Source: a virus
Lineage: Duplodnaviria > Caudoviricetes
IMG/VR virus record: IMGVR_UViG_3300031757_000376
Location: 1 to 28,580 of that record
Strand: one strand, 5' to 3'
Length of the DNA stretch: 28,580 nucleotides
Shown here: positions 8,967-17,138 of the stretch, one piece after another
Position numbering within the stretch: the first letter of the stretch is position 1
How the letters are laid out: every line of letters begins with the position of its first letter
Made by a program: the position numbers and the translations under genes
Notes under the pieces: generated by a model
The model's database searches: none
Seen by the model: only the letters and a program-made list of their open reading frames with translations
Told to the model about the DNA's origin: nothing

Positions 8967-10030
8967 ATTAACTCCTGATATAAGTTTGTTGCCGAGAAGT
9001 AATGCTTCTCAAGTTTTTCTCTATTAGTATTTAATGCGCCTTGTATCTCAGGCAAGTTATAATTTTCCATTAAATATTTAATTCTATTTTTTAAACCAAA
9101 CTTGTTGGCTTGATACTGTTCCCAATTCTCTGTCCAGTCTGAAGGATATTTAAACACATCATCATACATTTCCATATAGGAAAGTCTGTTTGGAACAAAA
9201 GGTATGCCGCCTGTTATCATAATTTCATAACAAGATATGCCTAATGTCTCCTGTAAGTTAGCACTGAATACCATCTTTGCTTGTCCTAATAACAAGTGAT
9301 AGTCTTCTTTCTTTAAATTAAACTCCGAACAATTCATAAAATCATATTCAGGAAGTGCAACTTCTAAGTCTTTAAATATTTCTAACTGTTTCTCTGGTGC
9401 ATTTCTGTGTGGAAACAATATTAGATCTTGTTTCTCTACACCCATTGTATCTCTATCAATGGTTGGTTTTAAATATTCCATTGGCCAGCCTGTTCTAACC
9501 ATTTTACTTTGTAAATATTCTTGTTGTGAAGGATCAGGTGCCATAACACTAGCAAACATTCCTATATGGAATTGACTAGCGAAATAATTTTTATCAAACG
9601 CATCGAACATTGCTAACTCTGCATACCTTACCCAAGGTACTGGTCCTATGTTTCTACCTAAGAAATCATTAGCATCATAACTTCCTGCATGCCAAAGTCC
9701 ATGTGTTGTAACATCATAACCCAATAAAGATATCATATATTTTAAATTTAAGATACCTGGATGCCAAGCGTCAGCAAATACAAAATGATCTCCATCTTTT
9801 ATCTTGCCTTCTGCAAAGAATTGTGCTAAAAGTTTTGTTTGTTCTGACTTGTATATGTTAGTGGTGGCAAAATCTAAAAAAGATCCTGAGGAAACATCAG
9901 ACTCTATAACAGGTCCTTCTATAACTGTTATGTCTTGTCCTGTTTGGTCCGCTATTGATTGTGGAAATTCTGTTTTCCATTGTGATGTATATCTTGTCTC
10001 GACATACTCAAGATCAATTAAATAAATCAT
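8963..10030 (-). CDS. Putative glycosyltransferase (GT-B fold, GT4-like)
   Basis: C-terminal donor-binding motifs ILFPHRNAPEKQ and SANLQETLGISCYE (Ex7E), then VPNRLSYMEM. Likely start is MIYLIDLE at 10030; the ORF extends to 10063. Confidence 0.72.
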   Translation of the reverse strand: MIYLIDLEYVETRYTSQWKTEFPQSIADQTGQDITVIEGPVIESDVSSGSFLDFATTNIYKSEQTKLLAQFFAEGKIKDGDHFVFADAWHPGILNLKYMISLLGYDVTTHGLWHAGSYDANDFLGRNIGPVPWVRYAELAMFDAFDKNYFASQFHIGMFASVMAPDPSQQEYLQSKMVRTGWPMEYLKPTIDRDTMGVEKQDLILFPHRNAPEKQLEIFKDLEVALPEYDFMNCSEFNLKKEDYHLLLGQAKMVFSANLQETLGISCYEIMITGGIPFVPNRLSYMEMYDDVFKYPSDWTENWEQYQANKFGLKNRIKYLMENYNLPEIQGALNTNREKLEKHYFSATNLYQELI

Positions 10031-10376
10031 TTTGTACGATTGCCCCGTTTTCATTATCCTCATACACTTCTACTTGAGTAGCTCTATTAGGATAATATTC
10101 TTCTATATAATTTATAAGACTTTCAGCCATCATCTCACATGACTGGTAGTCTAGTTCTAGGAAGCCTGCTTCGTATAAACCTTCTATTTCTCTTTTAAAT
10201 AAAATGAATTCTACTTCCCTATTGTCGTGCATAACTTCTAACGTAACATAGAAGTGAAAGATATGTCTGTGTGGATATTGTAAAAACTCTACACCAGGAA
10301 CATCCTTTGCATCAGGCCATTTGTGTATGCCTTCTTTCTGAAAACTAACTTTAATAAACTTTTTTCTAACTGACAT
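10014..10376 (-). CDS. dpdL: QueD-like T-fold protein, DpdL-type (putative 7-carboxy-7-deazaguanine decarboxylase)
   Basis: LQYPHRHIF matches the LxxxHRHxF motif I recall for DpdL. SCEMMAE and VEVYEDNENGA resemble T-fold elements. It sits directly downstream of the DpdA-like gene. Confidence 0.62.
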   Translation of the reverse strand: MSVRKKFIKVSFQKEGIHKWPDAKDVPGVEFLQYPHRHIFHFYVTLEVMHDNREVEFILFKREIEGLYEAGFLELDYQSCEMMAESLINYIEEYYPNRATQVEVYEDNENGAIVQNDLFN

Positions 10377-10433
10377 ATAAAATAGTCTCCATTATTATAA
10401 AGGTAAACATTACTATAAAAACTAACCACTCGT

Positions 10434-11702
10434 TCATTCAAACATCTCCTCTAGACTTACTGGCATTTCTTTAGCTACTGCCATGGACTTCATAGCTCCA
10501 CCTAAATATTGATTTGTTTCCCACGCCATATAATCATCTTTATTTTTTACATTATATAGGTTCCTAAACTGTCCATCAAGTTTCATCTTACGAGTAAACT
10601 TTAAAAGGGCATCCTTATCTAACAACATCTGTTCTAAGTGTTGCATGAAGTTTCTAATAGACATTAGTATAAAAGCTGTCCTCACATACAACCACGTATT
10701 CAAGTTGCCGTATTCTTCTTTAGCTTTCATACTCGGGGTGTTTAATAATTTATGAAATTCGTCTATTTCTACACCCAAATTGATCGTTTCCATACAGTTT
10801 TGATACATTTCGCGATACAAATTGGACATCTGTCTATTAAACTTAGTTGTGCCTTGTCCCATGTAGAATAACCCTGTCTCAACCGCCCTGCTGTGTGTAG
10901 TAGAGTCATAAGATATCTCTACGTTATCATATAAACCGTTCTGACAAAAGACTAAGTAAGGAACAATACGTCTTATTGAACCTACTCCTAATATATGTAA
11001 GTGCATCTTATCTCTTGGCCATGTCTTTGCTACTTCTGATGCTATAAATGATCTTTTAACATCTTCTAGTGGTCCTGTTCCAAGAGCAGCTGCTCCCATT
11101 GCCACACCACCAATCCTAGTGTGCCATTCACTTGGTATCTCTTCCATTAAACATTCATACCATCTCAAATAAGTCTCTACATCATTACCTTGTAAGATAA
11201 TATATGGTTCACAGCTGCTACCTTCTTCTTCAAAAATTTCTAATTGTCTTTTAACATTGCGTCCAGTTTTTCTTGCTAGCTCTTCATAGTTTTCGTGATC
11301 AAAGAACCTTTGTTTAACATCGTTCCTATCTGAGCGTTCTCCTGTTAGTATAACAGGTATCTCATCAAAGCACATACCAACATTAGCTCCTTTAGCCTGG
11401 TTCCTATATACTTTTTCTTTTAATTCGTCTGTAATTGTCATTCCTTGTGTAACAATTTGTAGTCCACCTGAGTCTGCATGTATGCTATGTGCTGCGTCAT
11501 GATATGGTTTGAATCTATCACCGAAAGAATGTTCTGTGTGTGCATTATAAAGTAATGAAAACTTATGACTGAATTGATCTTGTACTAATTTTTTTATTAG
11601 CATAGACACAATGCTTGTATTGGTTTCATCAAAAGCAATATTAGGATTACTCAAACGCATGTATGAGGTTCCTGATACTACATAATCTAAGGTGTGTTTC
11701 AT
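10434..11702 (-). CDS. dpdA: TGT-fold guanine transglycosylase, DpdA-like
   Basis: ADSGGLQ, FDEIP, ILQG, GGVAMG, HLHILGVG and SYDSTT follow the TGT catalytic motif order. It lacks the CxCxxC zinc site of tRNA Tgt and lies inside the que cluster. Confidence 0.78.
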   Translation of the reverse strand: MKHTLDYVVSGTSYMRLSNPNIAFDETNTSIVSMLIKKLVQDQFSHKFSLLYNAHTEHSFGDRFKPYHDAAHSIHADSGGLQIVTQGMTITDELKEKVYRNQAKGANVGMCFDEIPVILTGERSDRNDVKQRFFDHENYEELARKTGRNVKRQLEIFEEEGSSCEPYIILQGNDVETYLRWYECLMEEIPSEWHTRIGGVAMGAAALGTGPLEDVKRSFIASEVAKTWPRDKMHLHILGVGSIRRIVPYLVFCQNGLYDNVEISYDSTTHSRAVETGLFYMGQGTTKFNRQMSNLYREMYQNCMETINLGVEIDEFHKLLNTPSMKAKEEYGNLNTWLYVRTAFILMSIRNFMQHLEQMLLDKDALLKFTRKMKLDGQFRNLYNVKNKDDYMAWETNQYLGGAMKSMAVAKEMPVSLEEMFE

Positions 11703-12229
11703 GTCTTTAAAATTTCTATAAGCATATCTGCCTCAGCTTTTGCATCATCTAAAGCATTATGGTTGTTGGCTTTTGGTAAACGTTTATCTAATACATTCAT
11801 TAAAGTTCTTAGACAATAAATATCCCAGAACTTCCAAGGGTATTTTTCTCTGGCATCTCTATTAGAATTCCAACCTGATAATGTCATAGCGTTTTCCATT
11901 ATAACAACATCAAAATTGGCACCCATACCCCAAATGTTTCCTTCTTTAAAAAACGTAACGAATTTATCTATTGCTTCATCTAAAGGCAAAGGATCTACTG
12001 TTAGTGCCTGTCTTGCTTCCATGTCTTGTTGAGCCCACCACTCTACTGTTAGTGGATCTATATGTAAGCCTGCCTCTTTACAAGTCTTGGCATCTACATT
12101 TACATAAAATTCATCTACTATTTCTAAATTCTCAATTGCTACTGCTCCTATTGAAACAATAGCTGCATTAGATCTAGTTGATAATGTTTCTAAATCTAAT
12201 ACTACTTGTCTACTATGCGTGTCCACCAT
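11699..12229 (-). CDS. DEDDh 3'-5' exonuclease (DexA / RNase AS-like)
   Basis: LDLETLST..AAIVSIGAV, WGMGANFD, HNALDDA. Confidence 0.88.
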   Translation of the reverse strand: MVDTHSRQVVLDLETLSTRSNAAIVSIGAVAIENLEIVDEFYVNVDAKTCKEAGLHIDPLTVEWWAQQDMEARQALTVDPLPLDEAIDKFVTFFKEGNIWGMGANFDVVIMENAMTLSGWNSNRDAREKYPWKFWDIYCLRTLMNVLDKRLPKANNHNALDDAKAEADMLIEILKT

Positions 12230-12896
12230 TCATTTCCTGTAATTTTATATTGTCCATAAACTCTTCTTTTAGTGAAGGGTTCGTCTTTAGTTCACCTTTT
12301 AGAACTGTTGTTTGTGTGCTACTATTACTAGCTCTAATGCCTCTGTTCTCACAACACCCATGTCTTGCTTTAATATAAACACCTACTGCCTTAGACTTTG
12401 TAAGTTTCTCAATTCTATAAGCTATCATTTCACAAAGCTCTTCTTGTAAGTGGCCACGTGATGCTAAATGCTGTGCCACTCTAGTATATTTAGACAGTCC
12501 AATAACTTCTTCTCCTGGCATACATGCTACATAACATACACCATTCACTGGTTGGTGATGATGTGAACACATACTTTTTAAATCCATTCTAACTGTAATC
12601 AATTGATCATACTTTCCATCATTAGGAAATGCTGTTATTCTAGGATCGTCGTCATATCTTCCACCCATTATTTCTAGTATATACATTTTTGCTAAACGTC
12701 TAGCTGTGTCTATACTGTTAGGATCGTTGTGCCTGTCTATAATTAATGCATCTAAAACACCTTCGAACTTTTCTGTTAGTTCATCGATTAGATCTGATTT
12801 TTCAACTGCACTTATATATTTTGATATGTTATCTGCTGCATAGTAACGCTTACCATCTACTTCTAAACGTTGCTTAATCTTATCACTTACACTCAT
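12213..12896 (-). CDS. folE: GTP cyclohydrolase I
   Basis: SMCSHHHQPV, IGLSKYTRV, LQEEL and HGCCENRG. Likely start at 12896 (TAATG overlap with the PRTase stop); the ORF extends to 12926. Confidence 0.94.
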   Translation of the reverse strand: MSVSDKIKQRLEVDGKRYYAADNISKYISAVEKSDLIDELTEKFEGVLDALIIDRHNDPNSIDTARRLAKMYILEIMGGRYDDDPRITAFPNDGKYDQLITVRMDLKSMCSHHHQPVNGVCYVACMPGEEVIGLSKYTRVAQHLASRGHLQEELCEMIAYRIEKLTKSKAVGVYIKARHGCCENRGIRASNSSTQTTVLKGELKTNPSLKEEFMDNIKLQEMNGGHA

Positions 12897-13318
12897 TATT
12901 TTTTCTCCCAAGGAAATACTATCCATTGTTTATTATTATAGAGCCTTTCACCTTCAAAGTCAATACCCATGTTACCCTTTTTGGAGTAAAGTACAGCCCA
13001 TTGACTTTCTGGAAAAATGTTCCTAATTGATCCTATTGTTAATCCACTATCACATATATCGTCTACAAATAATATATCGTTTGGATCTTCTGTTGATTTT
13101 AATGCAACTGAAAGTGTATCTTTTTTGTTGCCATCTCTAGTTTGCCATTGTAAAGGTTCAAAAGGAATGTCTAATGCGTGGGATAGAATAACTCCTGGAA
13201 CAAGACCTCCCCTACTAACACCTACAATTTTTTTATAATTTCTTTCACCTATTTGTAGAGCCATAAGAAGACATATATTATACATCTCCTTCCAACCTAC
13301 ATATATATTGTCTGTCAT
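12896..13318 (-). CDS. Type I purine phosphoribosyltransferase (xanthine/guanine PRT-like)
   Basis: VGVSRGGLVPG, PRPP-binding loop LFVDDICDSGLT and C-terminal WIVFPWE. Likely start at 13318 (ATGA overlap); the ORF extends to 13330. Confidence 0.88.
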   Translation of the reverse strand: MTDNIYVGWKEMYNICLLMALQIGERNYKKIVGVSRGGLVPGVILSHALDIPFEPLQWQTRDGNKKDTLSVALKSTEDPNDILFVDDICDSGLTIGSIRNIFPESQWAVLYSKKGNMGIDFEGERLYNNKQWIVFPWEKK

Positions 13319-13527
13319 TTTGTAAACCACATTCTAATAGCGAAAACTCTAACGATTGCAATACATGTAAAACACCCTGTTAATAATATTGATATTGTAA
13401 AGGTTGATAATTCTAATACATCTATGAACAAGTACAAAAGGCCCACACTTATAGGCCAATTAATTATTAGGCCGGTAAATACTGTAACCAACGATTCTTT
13501 AAGTGCTTGCTTCTGTCTTTTGTTCAT
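13315..13527 (-). CDS. Small membrane protein with two predicted TM helices
   Basis: 70 aa with two hydrophobic segments and ATGA overlaps at both ends. Confidence 0.75.
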   Translation of the reverse strand: MNKRQKQALKESLVTVFTGLIINWPISVGLLYLFIDVLELSTFTISILLTGCFTCIAIVRVFAIRMWFTK

Positions 13528-13691
13528 AACTTAATTGCTAGAAGTAAAAATATTGCAAGCAATATAATATTAGTAAAAAATATTTCAAAAGCTAATATAG
13601 TATGATACCACACCCATCTGCTTTGATAAATTTCACTCTCCGTTACTCCTCCTGCTTTTTTATCCATCCAATCTAATAATTTATTCTTCAT
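13524..13691 (-). CDS. 55-aa membrane microprotein
   Basis: Manual translation: MKNKLLDWMDKKAGGVTESEIYQSRWVWYHTILAFEIFFTNIILLAIFLLLAIKL*. It abuts the queE stop and its TGA overlaps the next ATG. Confidence 0.75.
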   Translation of the reverse strand: MKNKLLDWMDKKAGGVTESEIYQSRWVWYHTILAFEIFFTNIILLAIFLLLAIKL

Positions 13692-14570
13692 TTATGTACC
13701 CCATGCGTTGCCAAATAATGTTATATGTAGTCGAGGGCTAAACTTATACCCTGTCTGCATACAAGCCTCTGCTACATCTTTTTCTGTTAGAGTTTGTTGT
13801 TCTAATGTAGCGCCTTCAGGCATACAATAAACAGCATCTAACTTAACTCCTGCTTCTGTGTATGCTTCTACAAATTCATCTACTTCTTTGAAGTCTGACA
13901 TATCTCTCACCACAAATTTGTTATATAAGTGACTATTTTCTACCTTGTTCATTCCCTCTAATACCTCTGGGACTAGTGCGTCAAACTGTTCTTCGCCTGA
14001 TAAACTTAACTTAGGAGAAGTGCTCCAAGTTATATGTAAATCTTTACCTTCATTATTAAAATAGTCTATCAACTGTTGTTGTAAATCTTGTGTCCCATTA
14101 GTTTCGTAAGTAACATTCTGTAAACCAACTTCTCTACACATATCCAAGAGGGCTGGCCAACACCTTTGCCAACCCAATAGAGGTTCACCACCTGTTATGA
14201 CTAAATGGATATCGTTCTTCTCATCAAACCTACCATTAGGTAATAGTTTAACAATACGATCGAAAACTTCTTCTAATGTTTCTGTTAATTGTAAATGTTT
14301 ATATTTCATAGCCCAACTGGCAGAACTATCACACCCTACCGGTGTAACAGGCAATTCTGCTATGGATTTATATGCTTCGGGATGTGTTTTATCTGCTTTA
14401 GGATCTGTAAAGTAAGGCATTTCCTCGACAGGAATTATATTATCTCTCTCCTGTCCAAAACCTCTACACTCAAAGTTGCAACCAAAAACTCGTAAGAATA
14501 TACTAGGAACACCTACGAATCTTCCTTCACCCTGTACGCTATAAAATACTTCGCTATATCTTATTTTCAT
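13692..14570 (-). CDS. queE: 7-carboxy-7-deazaguanine synthase (radical SAM)
   Basis: SEVFYSVQGEG, FLRVFGCNFEC...CDS, VITGGEPLL, ETNGT, SPKL and FSPRLH. Confidence 0.93.
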   Translation of the reverse strand: MKIRYSEVFYSVQGEGRFVGVPSIFLRVFGCNFECRGFGQERDNIIPVEEMPYFTDPKADKTHPEAYKSIAELPVTPVGCDSSASWAMKYKHLQLTETLEEVFDRIVKLLPNGRFDEKNDIHLVITGGEPLLGWQRCWPALLDMCREVGLQNVTYETNGTQDLQQQLIDYFNNEGKDLHITWSTSPKLSLSGEEQFDALVPEVLEGMNKVENSHLYNKFVVRDMSDFKEVDEFVEAYTEAGVKLDAVYCMPEGATLEQQTLTEKDVAEACMQTGYKFSPRLHITLFGNAWGT

Positions 14571-14578
14571 TATGTAAC

Positions 14579-14607
14579 ATTATATGATCTAAATAACCTC
14601 GAGTCAA
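14579..14607 (-). promoter_or_regulatory. sigma70-like promoter of the deazaguanine operon
   Basis: TTGACT-17 nt-TATAAT, ending 8 nt before the queE ATG. Confidence 0.8.
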
Positions 14608-14611
14608 CTAC

Positions 14612-15220
14612 CTACTTACCCTTTTGGGCTGCTGCTTTTGCTTCTGCTGCTTCTTTTGCTTTAATTTTCTTGTCTAAATATAGTGGTCTACGTTTAACTT
14701 CTTTCTTACCTTCATTAGCCTTATCAGCTTTCTCATTGTCTGCTTCAAGTTGCTCAATGATGTTTCTCATATAACTAAGGTACTCATTGGAATGGTCTGA
14801 ACCATCAGCACTTGATTGTAAAATTTGTTCTATATCTAAGCTCTTAATATATTTAAATTTGGTTTCCATTTGACGTTTCTCTTTTTGGATACGTCTAATA
14901 AAAGCGTAGTATGTAATCTGTGTAAAGTATGCAAAAGGATTTTTAGATTTTGCTGGATCAAAGTTGTCCATATATGTAAGACAGTTTTCAATACCATCTA
15001 AAATCATTTCATCTCTAAATGTGTAGTTTACAAAATTTGATTTGAAGGCCAAGTGGTTTGCTATTTTAACAAAGCACTCTCCTAAGTAATTAGTTACACG
15101 TGGTTTTGGTTCACCACATTCTTCTGCTTCTATTCTTCTCTCTCTATACTCACTTATCTTGACAAGCATTTCTTTGTTGTCTATGTAGTGAGCTGAGTTT
15201 GGGTCTCTCCTTTTTGCCAT
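14612..15220 (-). CDS. gp55: Late-transcription sigma factor gp55
   Basis: HYIDNKE, YLGECFVKIANHL, NYTFRDEMILDGIENC and NPFAYFTQITYYAFIRRIQKEK. Confidence 0.95.
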   Translation of the reverse strand: MAKRRDPNSAHYIDNKEMLVKISEYRERRIEAEECGEPKPRVTNYLGECFVKIANHLAFKSNFVNYTFRDEMILDGIENCLTYMDNFDPAKSKNPFAYFTQITYYAFIRRIQKEKRQMETKFKYIKSLDIEQILQSSADGSDHSNEYLSYMRNIIEQLEADNEKADKANEGKKEVKRRPLYLDKKIKAKEAAEAKAAAQKGK

Positions 15221-15229
15221 AATATACTC

Positions 15230-15649
15230 CTAATGTATTTGTTTTTTCATTACTGCTTCAGCTAATTCAGTTAGCGTTTCAATGTCTAATTCTTCTGGTA
15301 GTTCTTCAAGGTCCATTTCAGGAAGTTCTTCTATAAAGTCGCCACGCCATTCAGGCCTGCCAAAATATATTGACTTAACCATTCTATGATATCCTGAAAT
15401 AAAATTTTCTTGTAATGCTGCCACCGTGATAACGTTCTTCCTATCTATAGAAAAGATTTGTTCTTCTGCCACTGCTACCCATGGTCTTAAATTTATAGAT
15501 TCTCCTAATACACCTTGTGGTGTGGGCATAATTTGAGGTACTAACTCAATAGGGTGTTCTATATTTACTACGTCGTCTCCATAACTAACTTTGCCGACTA
15601 GCGTTGAGCCGTCCATCAATTTTACTATACTAATTTCTTGTTTAGACAT
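15230..15649 (-). CDS. Conserved hypothetical protein (uvsW-gp55 position, possibly Sm-like fold)
   Basis: 139-aa ORF with IVKLMDGSTLVG and LRPW; occupies the position of a conserved small gene in T4-like aquatic phages. Confidence 0.7.
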   Translation of the reverse strand: MSKQEISIVKLMDGSTLVGKVSYGDDVVNIEHPIELVPQIMPTPQGVLGESINLRPWVAVAEEQIFSIDRKNVITVAALQENFISGYHRMVKSIYFGRPEWRGDFIEELPEMDLEELPEELDIETLTELAEAVMKKQIH

Positions 15650-17099
15650 TTATTTTTACCAATTTATAGTTAAACCCCTCTTCGTTATAGAGTTTAATAC
15701 GTTCTATTAAATGATTCAATGTATAATTCTTGTGTGATTTCCACGATAAGTCATCACCAATATCAAACAAGTTACATACAACCTTTTTGTCTCCTTTACG
15801 AAGTCCTCTTCCTATTGATTGTAAGTTTCTTATTCTGCTCTTACTAGGAGAGGCAAAGACAATATTATGTAAGTTCCTTATATTTATACCCGTAGAAAAT
15901 GTGCCGTACGAAGCAACAATAATAGCATTACTTTCTTTTTCTGTTAATGCTCTTATTTCTTCTCTTGTTTCTGTATCTGTTCCACCATGTACAAAGAACA
16001 CAGAACGATCTTCGCCTTTAAGCATGTCATATAATACCCTTCCATGCTTTTCTACGAACTGAAATAGTAATAATGTGTTGCCCTCTTGTGCTATCGTTAA
16101 GTTTTTAATGATCTCATTTCGCTGAGGGTTAGTAACAATCCAATCTATTTCCTCTTGATATGTTTTCTTTTTCATATCTTTCTTTTCAGCATCTTTATAA
16201 TTTAAAGTGCAACATATAATTTTTAAATTTGCCAGTTGTTTGTCGTCCATTAATTTTTTAGTTGTAGTAACCTTATGCACAGGTCCAAACGTGCCTTCTA
16301 ATACTAATTTATGAGTCTTAGTACCGTCTAGTGTACCCGTAGTCCCGATCCTATAGGGTGTGTTAGTACATTTATTCATTAAACTTGTAAGGGATTTAGC
16401 CTTAAATAAATGAGCCTCATCGCCATAGAATACATCAAAGTCTTTGAACCATGCCTTCGGATACTTGTATATTGATTGCCATGTACTGATAGTTATTGGC
16501 CATTCATTAGTCTTATCTTTGCCACCATATATTCTATGACAGTTTTCTGAAACCTTCCACGGGTCTGCACTAGCATAGTCCTCAAAGTCACCATACATCT
16601 GTTCTACTAATGATGTTGTTGGTACTACAATGAGTTGCTTGCGTCCTCTCGCTTGGTGATACCTTACCAGAGAATATATAATGAGAGACTTACCACTAGC
16701 AGTGGGAGAAAGAAGTAAAGATCTACCTTCTCTAATACAATGATCAACTGCGTCCCTTTGATAGTCCCTAATTTGAATTTCTTTGCCATTTGCTTGTAAC
16801 CTTAATGAGTCTGTTAATAATTTTACATCTGTTTGTTCACTAATATCATCTACGTCTACTTCCATTTCGTATTCTAATGTATTAGCAAAGTCCTTTAAGT
16901 AAGGCAGTAACCCTACATATAATTCTTTCGTGTACATACTATATAGTCTAGCTTTACCGTCCCACATTCTATTTCTGTATAGTGGCATGAACTTAGCTCC
17001 TGGAACATCAAAAGTAAAGAAGTCACATATCTCTTGATCAGTGCTCAAGTCTGTATCTATTTTAAGATATACAGAATCTTTTTGTTTTACTTTTATCAA
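15642..17099 (-). CDS. uvsW: UvsW RNA-DNA/DNA helicase (SF2)
   Basis: RDYQ, SPTASGKS, DEAH, GTTGT, YGTFSTGINI and QSIGRGLR; TTG start. Confidence 0.95.
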   Translation of the reverse strand: MIKVKQKDSVYLKIDTDLSTDQEICDFFTFDVPGAKFMPLYRNRMWDGKARLYSMYTKELYVGLLPYLKDFANTLEYEMEVDVDDISEQTDVKLLTDSLRLQANGKEIQIRDYQRDAVDHCIREGRSLLLSPTASGKSLIIYSLVRYHQARGRKQLIVVPTTSLVEQMYGDFEDYASADPWKVSENCHRIYGGKDKTNEWPITISTWQSIYKYPKAWFKDFDVFYGDEAHLFKAKSLTSLMNKCTNTPYRIGTTGTLDGTKTHKLVLEGTFGPVHKVTTTKKLMDDKQLANLKIICCTLNYKDAEKKDMKKKTYQEEIDWIVTNPQRNEIIKNLTIAQEGNTLLLFQFVEKHGRVLYDMLKGEDRSVFFVHGGTDTETREEIRALTEKESNAIIVASYGTFSTGINIRNLHNIVFASPSKSRIRNLQSIGRGLRKGDKKVVCNLFDIGDDLSWKSHKNYTLNHLIERIKLYNEEGFNYKLVKINV

Positions 17100-17138
17100 A
17101 ACTTTTTTTGCTCCAAAAAGGTCGTCATTTTTTTCTCA

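Noticed and set aside
10377-10433. Possible internal promoter containing GGTT ahead of the DpdL-like gene
   Set aside because: I could not place convincing -35 and -10 boxes at the spacing seen in the other three promoters.
10434-11702. Canonical tRNA-guanine transglycosylase for queuosine
   Set aside because: There is no zinc-binding motif and no queC, queF or queA in the window; the context favours a DpdA-like role.
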